Both the position numbers and the translations under genes were made by a program. A DNA stretch of 64,000 nucleotides from Desulfobacterales bacterium (GTDB lineage: Bacteria; Desulfobacterota; Desulfobacteria; Desulfobacterales; UBA5852): assembly GCA_963674755.2 (NCBI GenBank), contig CAXXVS010000002.1, positions 192,001-256,000 on the forward strand, in the 5' to 3' direction. The notes beneath the pieces are model-generated. The model was not told the origin of the DNA, made no database searches, and was given only the letters and a program-made list of their open reading frames with translations. This document shows positions 54,271 through 64,000 of this stretch, in pieces; within the stretch, counting starts at the first letter, position 1; each line of letters starts with the position of its first letter.

Positions 54271-54757
54271 TGTCCACAAAAGAAACCATCTTGTATCATG
54301 GGAAGCGGCTGCGGCCCTGGTCAGGCAGGCCCGCCACGACGGCCAACGGATCGCCTTTACCAACGGCTGTTTCGACATCCTGCATGCCGGTCACGTTCGC
54401 TATCTGACGGCCGCCCGGGCCACGGCCGATATGCTGGTGGTGGGCTTGAATTCCGATGCCTCCGTGCGGATGATCAAGGGGCCCCGCCGCCCGCTCAATC
54501 CCGAAACCCTGCGGGCCGAAGTGCTGTCCGGCTTGCGCTGTGTGGATTGGGTGGTGCTTTTCCAAGAACCGGATCCCCTGGCGCTGATCACGACCCTGCA
54601 ACCGGACGTGCTGGTCAAGGGGGCGGATTGGGCGGAAGATCGCATCATCGGGGCCGACATCGTCAAACAGCGAGGTGGACGGGTGGAACGGATCGCGCTG
54701 GTTCCGGCCATTTCCACCTCGGCCCTGATCGATCGGATACGGGAGCGCTATTGCTGA
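54263..54757 (+). CDS. rfaE2: D-glycero-beta-D-manno-heptose 1-phosphate adenylyltransferase (stand-alone HldE domain II)
   Basis: FTNGCFDILHAGHV.YL, VGLNSD.SV..KG..RP, PDVLVKG.DW, STS.LI.RI. Confidence 0.92.
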   Translation: MNDVHKRNHLVSWEAAAALVRQARHDGQRIAFTNGCFDILHAGHVRYLTAARATADMLVVGLNSDASVRMIKGPRRPLNPETLRAEVLSGLRCVDWVVLFQEPDPLALITTLQPDVLVKGADWAEDRIIGADIVKQRGGRVERIALVPAISTSALIDRIRERYC

Positions 54758-54818
54758 GACGGGTTGCACCGGACTTTCGGCCTAGTGGGGCCGCAACCGC
54801 AATCGCGCCAACGGATGT

Positions 54819-55631
54819 GTGAAAGGAAATCAGCTCGCCGTGCAAGTGGTTTGCAAAAATGGCCTGACCCTCCAGCATTTCCAGCATTTGTCGTCCTGCC
54901 CGGAGGTTTGCCACGGCATTACGACCCGCCGGGGCGGGACCAGTGCCCCGCCCTTCGACAGCCTCAATATGGCCTGCAGTGTGGGGGACGACACCGTGCA
55001 TGTGGCGGCCAATCGGCGGCGGCTGGGGGGGCGGTTTGATGGGATGGATCCCGTTTATCTGAAGCAGGTTCACGGCAACACCGTTGCGGTGCTGGACGGC
55101 GCAGTGGCGGGGGAAGTCTCTCACTTGCCAGGTGAGGCCGATGCCGTCGTGACCGATCGGCCGGGGTATCTCTTGACCATCCTGGTGGCCGACTGCCAGG
55201 CGGTCATGCTATACGATCCGGTGCGTTCGGTCATTGCCAATATCCATTCCGGGTGGCGGGGCAGCATCGCCAATATCATCGGCCGTACGGTGGCGGTGAT
55301 GAAGGAACGCTTCGCATGCCGGCCGGCCGACGTCCTGGCCGGCATCGGCCCTTCGCTGGGGCCCTGCTGTGCCGAATTTATCAACTTCCGCAGCGAGATT
55401 CCCGATTCGCTATGGTCTTATCGGGTATCGGAAAATCATTTCGATTTCTGGGCCCTGAGCCGCGACCAATTGATAGACGCCGGTCTCCGTCCGCCGCATA
55501 TCGAAGTTGGCGGTATCTGTACCCGCTGCCGGAGCGATCTCTTTTTTTCCTACCGCGCAGCGAAGGTCACCGGACGCATGGCGGCCGTCATCGGCCTGAC
55601 CTCATTATCCCGGGAGAGCCGCCGCCCATGA
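54819..55631 (+). CDS. pgeF: PgeF/YfiH family protein
   Basis: TTR.GG.S, LN....GD, QVHG, ADA.VT, ADC, H.GWRG, GP....CC, CT.C, FFSYR. Confidence 0.92.
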   Translation: MKGNQLAVQVVCKNGLTLQHFQHLSSCPEVCHGITTRRGGTSAPPFDSLNMACSVGDDTVHVAANRRRLGGRFDGMDPVYLKQVHGNTVAVLDGAVAGEVSHLPGEADAVVTDRPGYLLTILVADCQAVMLYDPVRSVIANIHSGWRGSIANIIGRTVAVMKERFACRPADVLAGIGPSLGPCCAEFINFRSEIPDSLWSYRVSENHFDFWALSRDQLIDAGLRPPHIEVGGICTRCRSDLFFSYRAAKVTGRMAAVIGLTSLSRESRRP

Positions 55632-55632
55632 G

Positions 55633-56436
55633 GTGCCCCACATGATTCAGGAAAAGGCCCGTATCCTGGCCAATGAGCCTGTTGCCCAGGCGTATCGCAC
55701 CATGCGGCTGGAATGCAGCGGTTCTTGGGGCGAGGCCCGCCCCGGGCAGTTTGTCATGCTTACCGGCGGTAGGGGGCCGACGCCCCTGCTGCGGCGCCCG
55801 TTTTCCATTTATCGCCTTCAGCCGGAGGGCCCGAAGCGTGCCATCGTGGAGATTCTCTATAAGATCGTCGGCGAAGGTACGGCCCTGATGGCCGGTATGC
55901 CGGTGGGCAAGACCGTGGACATGATCGGTCCTTTGGGGCAGGGGTTTGCCCTCCGAGACAGCTACCGGCGCATCTACCTGGCGGCCGGCGGTATCGGTGC
56001 CGCCCCCATGGTCTTTTTATTGGAGACCCTTCGTAGGAATGCTGCCAACGGCCACTATCAGGTTTTCCTGGGGGGACGATCCCGGGATGATCTCTTATGC
56101 CGCGAGACCTTTAAACACCTGGCCGACGCTTTGCATTGTACCACGGATGACGGCAGCGCGGGGGCCCAGTGCTTTCTTACCAGCCCGCTGGAGGAGGAGG
56201 CCCGTCGCCATCCGCCGGATGCCATCATGGCATGCGGCCCTATGGACATGCTGGCCTGTGTGGCCGGTATGGCCGAACGGCTGCATATCCCCTGCCAGCT
56301 CTCCATCGAATCGGTCATGGCCTGCGGAATGGGGGCCTGCCTGGGGTGCGCCGTTCCGGCTGCCGGTGACAGCGGGCGTTACTACCACGTTTGCAAGGAT
56401 GGCCCGGTTTTCGACGCCACTCTTTTGAAGCTCTGA
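55633..56436 (+). CDS. pyrK: Dihydroorotate dehydrogenase electron transfer subunit
   Basis: PGQF, RRPFS, GPLG.GF, GGIG.AP, TDDGS, CGP..M, MACG.GAC.GC, VC.DGPVF. Confidence 0.9.
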   Translation: MPHMIQEKARILANEPVAQAYRTMRLECSGSWGEARPGQFVMLTGGRGPTPLLRRPFSIYRLQPEGPKRAIVEILYKIVGEGTALMAGMPVGKTVDMIGPLGQGFALRDSYRRIYLAAGGIGAAPMVFLLETLRRNAANGHYQVFLGGRSRDDLLCRETFKHLADALHCTTDDGSAGAQCFLTSPLEEEARRHPPDAIMACGPMDMLACVAGMAERLHIPCQLSIESVMACGMGACLGCAVPAAGDSGRYYHVCKDGPVFDATLLKL

Positions 56437-56462
56437 GCCGAGTCGCAGAGGGGGGTTTTTCG

Positions 56463-56491
56463 TTGACTTCACCAGACGGCTATGTTAGATG
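56463..56491 (+). promoter_or_regulatory. Possible promoter of the F0 atp operon
   Basis: TTGACT-17 nt-TAGATG with an extended -10 TG. Confidence 0.4.
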
Positions 56492-56550
56492 CTCTTGACT
56501 CGAACGGGGTGGAAACTGCCCTGATTACAGTCGCAACCCCGATTGGTTCC

Positions 56551-56769
56551 ATGAAACGAGAAACCCGGCGGGCGATACGAGAACTCGCCTATTTCAGCAG
56601 TTTAGGTTTGCAGGTCGCCCTGTCGATTTTTATCGGCCTTTTTCTTGGAATCTACCTGGATCGCTGGCTGGACAGCGCCCCTTGGCTGACCCTGGCCGGT
56701 CTGGGAATGGGGATTTTCGCCGGCTACCGCAATATCGGGCTGGCGATCAAGAAAAGCCGCCGATTCTGA
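56551..56769 (+). CDS. atpZ: AtpZ/AtpI-family ATPase gene 1 protein
   Basis: Two TM helices, G..LG.YLD.WL...PW; first gene of the atp cluster. Confidence 0.82.
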   Translation: MKRETRRAIRELAYFSSLGLQVALSIFIGLFLGIYLDRWLDSAPWLTLAGLGMGIFAGYRNIGLAIKKSRRF

Positions 56770-56808
56770 ACGTCAACCCCGCGACGGACAAGGACGAACA
56801 GGACCAAC

Positions 56809-57195
56809 TTGGACATTCAGAAGCGCATACTGCGGTTTATCACCTACGCCAACTGGATCTTCTTTGGGGCGGCCTTCCTTGTAGGGTTGCTGGTCTTCCA
56901 GCGGGATTTTGCCTTGGGTGTCCTGGCTGGCGGTCTGATCGTCACGATCAATTTTCACCTGCTGGCGCGTACCCTGAAAAAATCCCTCACCCCGCAGCAT
57001 CTCGTCTCCCATAATGTGATTATCGCCAAATACTACGTCCGCTTCATTGCCAGCGGCGTCATCATATTCTTCCTGATCTCGGGCCACTACGTCGATCCGC
57101 GGGGGTTGTTCGTCGGATTGTCGGTGGTAGTGGCCAGTATCGTCGTCGCAACCGTGCGCGAGTTGAAAAATCTCATTTTCAAGGAGGCGTTTTAA
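56809..57195 (+). CDS. atpI: ATP synthase subunit I-like membrane protein
   Basis: Four TM helices upstream of atpB; TTG start. Confidence 0.8.
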   Translation: MDIQKRILRFITYANWIFFGAAFLVGLLVFQRDFALGVLAGGLIVTINFHLLARTLKKSLTPQHLVSHNVIIAKYYVRFIASGVIIFFLISGHYVDPRGLFVGLSVVVASIVVATVRELKNLIFKEAF

Positions 57196-57197
57196 GG

Positions 57198-57893
57198 ATG
57201 GAACACCCGTGGCTGTTTCTAGTCAAATTTTGCGAGATGCTTGGTCCGGGCCCGGCCCACTTTGCCCATGAATATCCTCACGTCCTTTACGCCTGGCTGG
57301 TAATGCTGATCCTGATCGGGATCGGCATCCTCGGCGCCAAGAGCATCAAGATGATTCCGGGTAAAGCTCAGAATTTTTTCGAAGTGGTGATTACCGGCAT
57401 CGAAGATTTCATGGTCGATGTGGCCGGCGAGGAAAGCCGCTGGCTGTTCCCGCTGGTGGCGACGGTTTTCATCTATATTTTCATCGGCAACTTGATCGGT
57501 CTGGTACCGACCTGCTTTCCGCCTACGGCCGACCTCAATACGACTTTGGGATGTGCCCTGGTGGTGGTCATCTTCACCCATATCATCGGCGTCAAATATC
57601 ATGGCGCCGGCTATATCAAACATTTTCTGGGGCCGGTCTGGTGGATGGTCCCGATTATTTTCCCCATCGAACTGATCGGACATGCCGCCCGGATCCTCTC
57701 TCTGTCGTTTCGTCTCTTCGGCAATATGATGGGGCACGAACTGGTGTTGGCGATTCTTTTCGGTCTGGCCGGTGCTTTTTTTGCGCCTTTGCCGATCATG
57801 GCCCTGGGGGTTTTTGTGGCCCTGGTGCAGGCCTTCGTATTTTTCCTGCTTTCCATCATGTATTTTGCCGGTGCCATGGAACACGCCCATTGA
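57198..57893 (+). CDS. atpB: F0 ATP synthase subunit a
   Basis: P...QN..E, N..GL.P, PTA..N, R.LSLSFRLFGN, QAFVF..L...Y. Confidence 0.96.
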   Translation: MEHPWLFLVKFCEMLGPGPAHFAHEYPHVLYAWLVMLILIGIGILGAKSIKMIPGKAQNFFEVVITGIEDFMVDVAGEESRWLFPLVATVFIYIFIGNLIGLVPTCFPPTADLNTTLGCALVVVIFTHIIGVKYHGAGYIKHFLGPVWWMVPIIFPIELIGHAARILSLSFRLFGNMMGHELVLAILFGLAGAFFAPLPIMALGVFVALVQAFVFFLLSIMYFAGAMEHAH

Positions 57894-58003
57894 TGGGGGC
57901 ACTTCTATCGTGCCGGACAAAAGAATTCTAAGCTTGTTTATGCCTTTAATGGGGGCATTGGAAGAAGCCTAAATTAACTTTTTAACAAGGAGGAAGTGTA
58001 AGT

Positions 58004-58282
58004 ATGGAAGCTGAAGCTCTAAAATTCTTTATCGCTTGTGTAACGGCAGCTGGATTCGGAATCGCCATCGCCGCTTTCGGTTGCGGCATCGGTCAGGGCA
58101 TGGGCCTCAAAGCGGCCGTGGAAGGCATTGCCCGTAACCCTGAGTCTTCCGGTAAAGTTACCGTTACGATGCTGATCGGCTTGGCCATGATCGAGTCCCT
58201 TTGTATCTACGCCCTGGTTATCGCGCTGATCCTGATCTACGCGACACCGATGGCGGGCATCGTGGAAGGCCTGCTGAAGTAA
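58004..58282 (+). CDS. atpE: F0 ATP synthase subunit c
   Basis: GxGxG, ARNPE loop, IESL.IY ion-binding helix; RBS aggagg. Confidence 0.96.
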   Translation: MEAEALKFFIACVTAAGFGIAIAAFGCGIGQGMGLKAAVEGIARNPESSGKVTVTMLIGLAMIESLCIYALVIALILIYATPMAGIVEGLLK

Positions 58283-58305
58283 GCATAAGTACACTCCTGT
58301 TGAAT

Positions 58306-58339
58306 AAAAAAGCCCGGCCATTACGGCCGGGTTTTTTTT
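58306..58339. terminator. Bidirectional intrinsic terminator between atpE and uvrA
   Basis: aaaaaagcccggcc-attac-ggccgggtttttttt: GC stem flanked by A and T tracts. Confidence 0.9.
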
Positions 58340-58352
58340 ATGGCGCAGGCCG

Positions 58353-61193
58353 TCAAATGGATGCGGTTTTTAATGTACCGGCCGCCAAGACCGGCCGCAG
58401 AAAGCGCCCCGTGTGGGAGGCCGGCAAGCGGCTGATGTCCTCCGGTGTGCCGCAGCCCAGCAGCAATCCGCCCTCACTGCCCCCTTCGGGACCTAGATCG
58501 ATGATATAATCCGCTGTTTTGACCAGATCCATATTGTGCTCGATAACGATCACGGTATTGCCGGCGTCCACCAGGCGATGCAATACCTCCAGCAATTTGC
58601 GGATATCCTCAAAGTGCAGGCCGGTTGTCGGTTCATCCAGGATATACAGGGTACGGCCGGTATCCTTGCGACTGAGTTCCTTGGCCAGCTTGACCCGTTG
58701 CGCCTCGCCGCCGGAAAGGGTGGTCGCCGACTGCCCTAAGCGGACATAGCCTAAACCGACATCGATCAAGGTTTCGAGCTTGTCCCGAATGTTCCCCATG
58801 CGGTCGAAAAAGCGATAGGCCTGGCGAACCGTCATGTCGAGGATGTCGATGATGGAATGGCCGCGGTATTTGATCTCAAGGGTTTCCCGGTTATAGCGTC
58901 GGCCCTGGCAGGCATCGCAGGTGACGTAGATATCCGGTAGAAAGTGCATCTCGATTTTAATGATGCCGTCCCCGCGGCAGGCTTCGCAACGGCCGCCCTT
59001 GATATTGAAGCTGAAGCGGCCCGGTTTGTACCCCCGCGCTCTGGCTTCCGGGGTGAGGGCGAACAGGTCACGAATCGGTGTCAATAAGCCGGTGTAGGTG
59101 GCCGGGTTGGAGCGCGGCGTTTTGCCGATGGGGGATTGATCGATATGAATGATTTTGTCCAGGTGGGAGGCGCCTTCGAGTTGCCGGTATTGCCCTGCAA
59201 CGATGCCGGTGCGATGCAGTTTCTGCAGCAGGGCCGGATAGAGGGTCTCCAAAATCAAGGTGGATTTGCCGGAGCCGGAAACACCGGTCACGCAGATGAA
59301 ACAGCCCAGCGGGAATTCCACATCGATGGTCTGCAGGTTGTTGTGGGAGGCCCCTGTGAGGCGCAGCAGCTGGCCGCTGCCGGCGCGGCGTGCGATCGGC
59401 ATGGGGATCTGCCGGCGTCCGGATAAATAATCGCCGGTCAGCGAATTGGCGGCCTCCATGAGGTGCTCGGGGGGGCCGCTGTAGACCACTTCCCCTCCCT
59501 GGGTGCCGGCTCCCGGTCCCATGTCGACAACATGGTCGGCCTGTCGAATGGCGTCCGCGTCATGCTCCACCACCAGGACCGTATTGTCCATATCCCGCAT
59601 GGCTTTAAGGGAGGTCAGCAGCCGCTGGTTGTCCCGGGGGTGGAGGCCGATGCTGGGCTCGTCCAGGACATAGAGGACGCCGGTCAGTTTGGCGCCGATC
59701 TGGGTGGCGAGACGAATGCGCTGGCTCTCGCCCCCGGAGAGGGTCATGGCCCGGCGGTCAAGGGTCAGGTAAGGCAGACCCACATCCACAATGAATTGCA
59801 AGCGGTTTTTTATCTCATGAAGAATCTTGGCGGCGATGACCTGGGCCTGGCCGGCCAATGACAGGCCCTCCACCCAGGTTAACGCGGCCGCAGCGTTCAG
59901 CGCCGAAAAGGCGGCGATGGTCAGGTCCCCCACACGTGCGGCACTGGCGTGGGGGTTTAAGCGCGTGCCGCGGCAGGTTTGGCAGATCTGGGTGCACATG
60001 TAGCGCCGCATTTCCTCCCGGGACGCACTCGAGCCGGATTCGCGATAGCGACGGGTGAGATGGGGAATGAGGCCCTCGAAGGTCTTGCGATAGGTGTGGC
60101 GTCGATCTTTTTCGAAAAAAAAGGGAATTTCCTCCTTACCGGAACCGTGCAGCAAGACCGTCTGCAGCGTTTCGGGGAGTTGGTTGTAAGGCGTATAGAT
60201 ATCGCTGCCATAGTGGGCGGTGAGGGCTTGCAGAAACTCGCTGAAATGCACGGAATGCCGATGGGCCCAGGGGGCGATGGCACCCTCCCGCAGGGAGAGG
60301 GATGGGTCAGGCACGATCCGCGCGGGATCAAAGGCCGTCGTCGTCCCCAGACCGTCGCAGGCGCGGCAAGCCCCCTGGGGCGAATTAAAAGAAAAGCTGG
60401 CCGGGGTGAACACGGGATGCCCGGTATGGCAGACCGGACACAAGGCCTGCTCGCTGAAATAGTGCCCGGCGCCCTCCAGTTCCTCCACCAAGACGCGGCC
60501 TTCGGAAAGGGCGGCGGCCAGCTCCAATGAATCCGCCAGACGATTGCGGATGGTGGGCTTGATAATGAGGCGGTCCACCACCACTTCAATGGCCTGTTCG
60601 GCCCCCTTGCGGTGCGGCTTGACCGTGTCGATTTCATGGATGACCCCGTCCAGACGAATGCGGGCGAAGCCCTCCCGCTGCAGTTTCCGCAGCCGTTCCT
60701 TGAGGGGCGTGGCCGCAGGTTGCGCCAGGGGCGCAAAGATGATGATCTTGGTGCCTTCGGAAAGGGCCATGAGGTGATCGATAAACTGATCGAGGGTTTG
60801 GGATTGGATGGGGTGGCCGCACCGGTGGCAGTAGGGTTGCCCCACGCGGGCATACAAGAGGCGCAGGAAATCGTAGATTTCCGTGATCGTACCGACGGTG
60901 GAACGGGGGTTGTGAATGCCGGTTTGCTGCTCGATGGCGATGGCCGGTGACAGCCCGTCGATGCGCTCGACATCGGGTTTTTCCATGCGTTCCAGAAATT
61001 GGCGAGCATAGGTCGAGAGGGACTCGACGTAGCGGCGCTGGCCCTCGGCATAGAGCGTGTCAAAGGCCAGCGTGGATTTCCCTGATCCGGAAAGACCGGT
61101 CACCACGATGAAACAGTTGCGGGGCAGGTCCAGATCGATGTTTTTGAGGTTGTGGTGTCGGGCCCCTCTGATTTTAATATAGGGTGATGTCAT
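58353..61193 (-). CDS. uvrA: Excinuclease ABC subunit A
   Basis: [24 protein letters not shown], zinc fingers, LSGGE.QR twice, GVSGSGKS. Confidence 0.98.
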   Translation of the reverse strand: MTSPYIKIRGARHHNLKNIDLDLPRNCFIVVTGLSGSGKSTLAFDTLYAEGQRRYVESLSTYARQFLERMEKPDVERIDGLSPAIAIEQQTGIHNPRSTVGTITEIYDFLRLLYARVGQPYCHRCGHPIQSQTLDQFIDHLMALSEGTKIIIFAPLAQPAATPLKERLRKLQREGFARIRLDGVIHEIDTVKPHRKGAEQAIEVVVDRLIIKPTIRNRLADSLELAAALSEGRVLVEELEGAGHYFSEQALCPVCHTGHPVFTPASFSFNSPQGACRACDGLGTTTAFDPARIVPDPSLSLREGAIAPWAHRHSVHFSEFLQALTAHYGSDIYTPYNQLPETLQTVLLHGSGKEEIPFFFEKDRRHTYRKTFEGLIPHLTRRYRESGSSASREEMRRYMCTQICQTCRGTRLNPHASAARVGDLTIAAFSALNAAAALTWVEGLSLAGQAQVIAAKILHEIKNRLQFIVDVGLPYLTLDRRAMTLSGGESQRIRLATQIGAKLTGVLYVLDEPSIGLHPRDNQRLLTSLKAMRDMDNTVLVVEHDADAIRQADHVVDMGPGAGTQGGEVVYSGPPEHLMEAANSLTGDYLSGRRQIPMPIARRAGSGQLLRLTGASHNNLQTIDVEFPLGCFICVTGVSGSGKSTLILETLYPALLQKLHRTGIVAGQYRQLEGASHLDKIIHIDQSPIGKTPRSNPATYTGLLTPIRDLFALTPEARARGYKPGRFSFNIKGGRCEACRGDGIIKIEMHFLPDIYVTCDACQGRRYNRETLEIKYRGHSIIDILDMTVRQAYRFFDRMGNIRDKLETLIDVGLGYVRLGQSATTLSGGEAQRVKLAKELSRKDTGRTLYILDEPTTGLHFEDIRKLLEVLHRLVDAGNTVIVIEHNMDLVKTADYIIDLGPEGGSEGGLLLGCGTPEDISRLPASHTGRFLRPVLAAGTLKTASI

Positions 61194-61827
61194 GGCTGCA
61201 TCGATCTTTCCAAACGTGCGTCAGGTATTCAGGCATTGCAGAAACACCTGCACGCGCGTTGGTGTAGTCTCGCAGATGGTTGGGAAGTACCGGCCTAAGT
61301 GGTCCCAATATCGGCCGGTGACCATCACGAAGCGTGATTGAAACATAAAATTATAGAGATCCGTTTTCGAGATATCAAATAAAAAGAATCCCGCTTGAGT
61401 GAACCGCTTTCATTTATTAGAAATTTATTTGATTGTGGTTAAAATAGACAAAAAACATAGAAAATCATAGCTAAAACAAGAAACCGAAAATGTTGATAAC
61501 TGGCCGGCCCCACCGGATACCCTTAGAATTCCTACGAAAAAGACCAGCGTAAAAAATGACCGTATTTAAGGATAGTTGGAACTTTATAAATGAATAAAAA
61601 TAAAAATTACGATAGGTTATATAGTGTTGAAAACAATTGGCCGAATCATGAAAAACCTCATGGGATTCGGTTTGACATGGATTGGCCATTCCCATAAAGA
61701 GAGGCCTGTTTTTCTCACAGGACTTTCTGATAATCTAATCTAAATATCCAAAACCGCTGTTTAATTGTCCCAAAACATTAGGAGTGTATTAGTAACCTCC
61801 TGATTTCACGGTCGGTGTGTCTGACGT

Positions 61828-63192
61828 ATGAGGATAAATCGCGAAGGTCAAATGCCGTTAATCTGGAAGCAGGTCAAGACGACCATCCAAAACCAAATTC
61901 CTGCCCATTGCTACCGCATGTGGATTGATCCCCTTTCGCTGGAAGAAACGGATGAGGGCGACTTGGTGCTCGTCTGCCCGAATGCGTTCTCCTGTCGCCG
62001 GGTTCAGGAAAACTACGGTGATCTCATTCGCCAGGCGATGCTCACGTATGGGGGCCAGCCGTGTCGGATTGTGGCGCGCAACGGCCATAAGCCGGTTACC
62101 GAAGCTTCCCCGGCCTCCGGCCACGAGCAATTGACCTTTCAGGATATAGCCCCCAAACCGGCTGCCGGTCGGTTTTTGCACAAGGATTTTACCTTCGACC
62201 AGTTCGTTGTGGGCCGCAACAACGATTTTGCTTATTCGGCCTCCCTTGCCATGGCTTCCCGCCGTAAATCGGACCAAAGTTGTCTTTATCTGCTTTCCAA
62301 GACCGGATTGGGCAAAAGTCATTTATCCCAGGCCATCGGTCATCATATTATCGCCGAATATCCGGAGGAACGGGTCTATTACGTTACGGCCGAGGATTTC
62401 AGCAACGAAATGGTGCAGTCGTTTCGCAACGACAGTTTCGAGCAATTCAAAGGCAAATACCGCAAACAATGCGATGTGCTGTTGCTGGAGGATGTCCATT
62501 GTCTGGGGGGCAAGGACCGCACGCAGCTGGAACTGGCCTCGACCCTCGATTCGCTTTTTGAGGCGGGTAAGAAAATCATTTTTTCAAGCTGCTACAGACC
62601 CGCCGAGATTCCCCGTCTGAACGACAAGCTGCGGTCGCGTTTTTCCTATGGCCTGGTTTCGGTCATCGACCCGCCGGATTTCAAAACGCGGGTGCGCATT
62701 CTGAAAAAAAAGGCCAAAGCCAAAAATATCATCGTTCCACGTGATGTAACGCAATATCTGGCCGGCGAACTAACAGAGGATATCCGGCAGCTGGAAAGCG
62801 GCATCATGCAGGTGGCGGCCAAATCATCGCTACTGGGAATGCCCATCGACAAAATGTTGGCCGAGAGCATCGTTCGCAACATCATCCGGTCGCGCAAAGA
62901 GATTACGGTGGATGTCATCAAAAAAATCGTCTGCCACCACTACAATGTAACCCCCAAAGATTTGACGTCCCGCTCGCGCAAACAGGCCGTCGTTCGGCCT
63001 CGACAGATGGCCATATTCCTTACCCGGCGTTACACGGACGCCCCCCTGCAGGCCATCGGCAAGGCGTTCAACCGCTACCATGCCACCGCCCTGCACTCCA
63101 TCAATGCCATTGAAAATGGAGCCCGCAAGAGCGCCTCGCTGCGCAAACAGGTGGAATACCTTTCCAATAAACTGGATCGCGGGGACTTTTAG
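61828..63192 (+). CDS. dnaA: DnaA paralogue (solitary second dnaA, not followed by dnaN)
   Basis: Domain I W...W, FTFDQFVVG..N..A, Walker A TGLGKSHL, RSRF..GL, RQLES, domain IV R......RQ.A..L.......L..IG..F. Confidence 0.88.
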   Translation: MRINREGQMPLIWKQVKTTIQNQIPAHCYRMWIDPLSLEETDEGDLVLVCPNAFSCRRVQENYGDLIRQAMLTYGGQPCRIVARNGHKPVTEASPASGHEQLTFQDIAPKPAAGRFLHKDFTFDQFVVGRNNDFAYSASLAMASRRKSDQSCLYLLSKTGLGKSHLSQAIGHHIIAEYPEERVYYVTAEDFSNEMVQSFRNDSFEQFKGKYRKQCDVLLLEDVHCLGGKDRTQLELASTLDSLFEAGKKIIFSSCYRPAEIPRLNDKLRSRFSYGLVSVIDPPDFKTRVRILKKKAKAKNIIVPRDVTQYLAGELTEDIRQLESGIMQVAAKSSLLGMPIDKMLAESIVRNIIRSRKEITVDVIKKIVCHHYNVTPKDLTSRSRKQAVVRPRQMAIFLTRRYTDAPLQAIGKAFNRYHATALHSINAIENGARKSASLRKQVEYLSNKLDRGDF

Positions 63193-63333
63193 GGCGGCCG
63201 GAGCCGCGGGAGGGGGCGAGAGCCGCGGCCGATTCACCGGATAAAAGGAAAGGTGCAACGATCCGCGGCGTTTCTAAAAAAGCCCTGGGGCAAGTCTGCC
63301 GTTGGAATCCCTTGGGGCAAACGCCCCCTTGCT

Positions 63334-63531
63334 TTACTGCATTTTCAGGATATAGCCGCTGGGGGAAATGAGGTCCTCCAGTAATTCCATCTGGTCGTGG
63401 TGGTCCTTTTCGATGGCGCAACGGAGGCTCAGCGCACATTGGTTCTGGCAGATGGTGTCTTCCACCGAAAAGCTGCCGTAACATCCCAGATACTGATCCA
63501 GTTCCCTGCCATCTTGTTCCGCGTTTTTCAT
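63334..63531 (-). CDS. Small Cys-rich hypothetical protein
   Basis: Start overlaps the suhB stop (ATGA), RBS aagga, four Cys (C-x10-C-x3-C-x5-C). Confidence 0.6.
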   Translation of the reverse strand: MKNAEQDGRELDQYLGCYGSFSVEDTICQNQCALSLRCAIEKDHHDQMELLEDLISPSGYILKMQ

Positions 63532-64000
63532 TCAGTTTCCTTCAAGGCCAACAAGGTGATCATTTCATTATGGATGCGTCCATTGGTGGCCAGAACGGAT
63601 TTCATTTCCGGCTTGAACGGCTGGTTGTTAAAGTCCGTCACACAGCCCCCCGCCTCGGTCACGATGAGATGGCCGGCGGCCACATCCCAGGGTTGAAGGT
63701 TCTCCTCCCAAAAGGCTTCAAAGCGTCCTGCGGCGACATAACTCAGGTCCAGGGCGGCGGCTCCCAGTCGGCGGACGCCCTGGGAGGCGGCCAGGCAGCG
63801 TGTGAAGCGCGGCATGACGGTTTCCATGATCGCCTTGACATTGTAAGGGAAGCCGGTCACCAATAAACTGTCGTGGACTTGGCCGATGCCTGACACAGAG
63901 AGCCGGCGGCCGTTTAAAAAGGCGCCCTGTCCCCGAACAGCCGAGAAAAGCTCGTCCGTAAAAGGGCACCAGATCATCCCGATGAGGGGTTGCCCCCTTT
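63528..64000 (-). CDS. suhB: Inositol monophosphatase family protein (5' end outside the window)
   Basis: ELF.A.RG.GAFLNG, TGFPY, RRLGAAALDL.YVA.GR, WE..L.PWDVAAG.LIV.EAGG. Confidence 0.92.
   Translation of the reverse strand, partial: RGQPLIGMIWCPFTDELFSAVRGQGAFLNGRRLSVSGIGQVHDSLLVTGFPYNVKAIMETVMPRFTRCLAASQGVRRLGAAALDLSYVAAGRFEAFWEENLQPWDVAAGHLIVTEAGGCVTDFNNQPFKPEMKSVLATNGRIHNEMITLLALKETE

Noticed and set aside
61200..61330. LexA/SOS box upstream of uvrA
   Set aside because: Only short GC-rich inverted repeats; no convincing match to LexA motifs I know.
61471..61695. 74-aa minus-strand ORF in the AT-rich intergenic region
   Set aside because: Atypical codon usage, no RBS, overlaps probable promoter elements.
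1..64000. CRISPR array, rRNA, transposase, integron or anti-phage defence genes
   Set aside because: No regularly spaced direct repeats or recognisable motifs of these classes seen by eye.

Overview
Chromosomal window of a GC-rich deltaproteobacterium (Desulfobacterales/Desulfosarcinaceae-like, judged from gene order and protein style; inference). 1-~4910 is the distal end of a prophage (putative virion/tail genes, a SPRY-domain fibre, a DUF5675-type lysis cassette) abutting the 3' end of tRNA-Val(CAC), with a 16-bp hairpin and a perfect IHF site at the junction. Next come housekeeping genes (ihf, scpB, scpA, trpS, DHH-CBS tRNA nucleotidyltransferase, pilC, pilS) and a ~35 kb envelope supercluster: lolC/D, bamA, skp, lpxD-fabZ-lpxA-gnnA-lpxB-msbA-lptF-lptG-lpxK, carbamoyltransferase, heptosyltransferases, Kdo kinase, waaA, a Kdo-synthesis operon, lpxL, a GT-C transferase, Pseudomonas-type core kinases, waaP and waaG. 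The window ends with yicC-remA-gmk-rlmB-comF-rfaE2-pgeF-pyrK, a split F0 atp operon, uvrA, a solitary divergent dnaA paralogue and suhB. Best candidate for an undescribed system: in the kdsA-kdsD-kdsC slot (36152-38863) the SIS isomerase domain of KdsD is replaced by a transaldolase/FSA-family Schiff-base barrel that keeps KdsD-type CBS domains and has a remodelled active site. It is flanked by a KdsA with altered substrate motifs (KANRS->KDNRS, PAFLxR->PAYLCM) and an atypically long KdsC-like phosphatase, suggesting a new route to arabinose-5-phosphate/Kdo or to a Kdo analogue. All annotations are by eye from the sequence and ORF track; no database searches were run.
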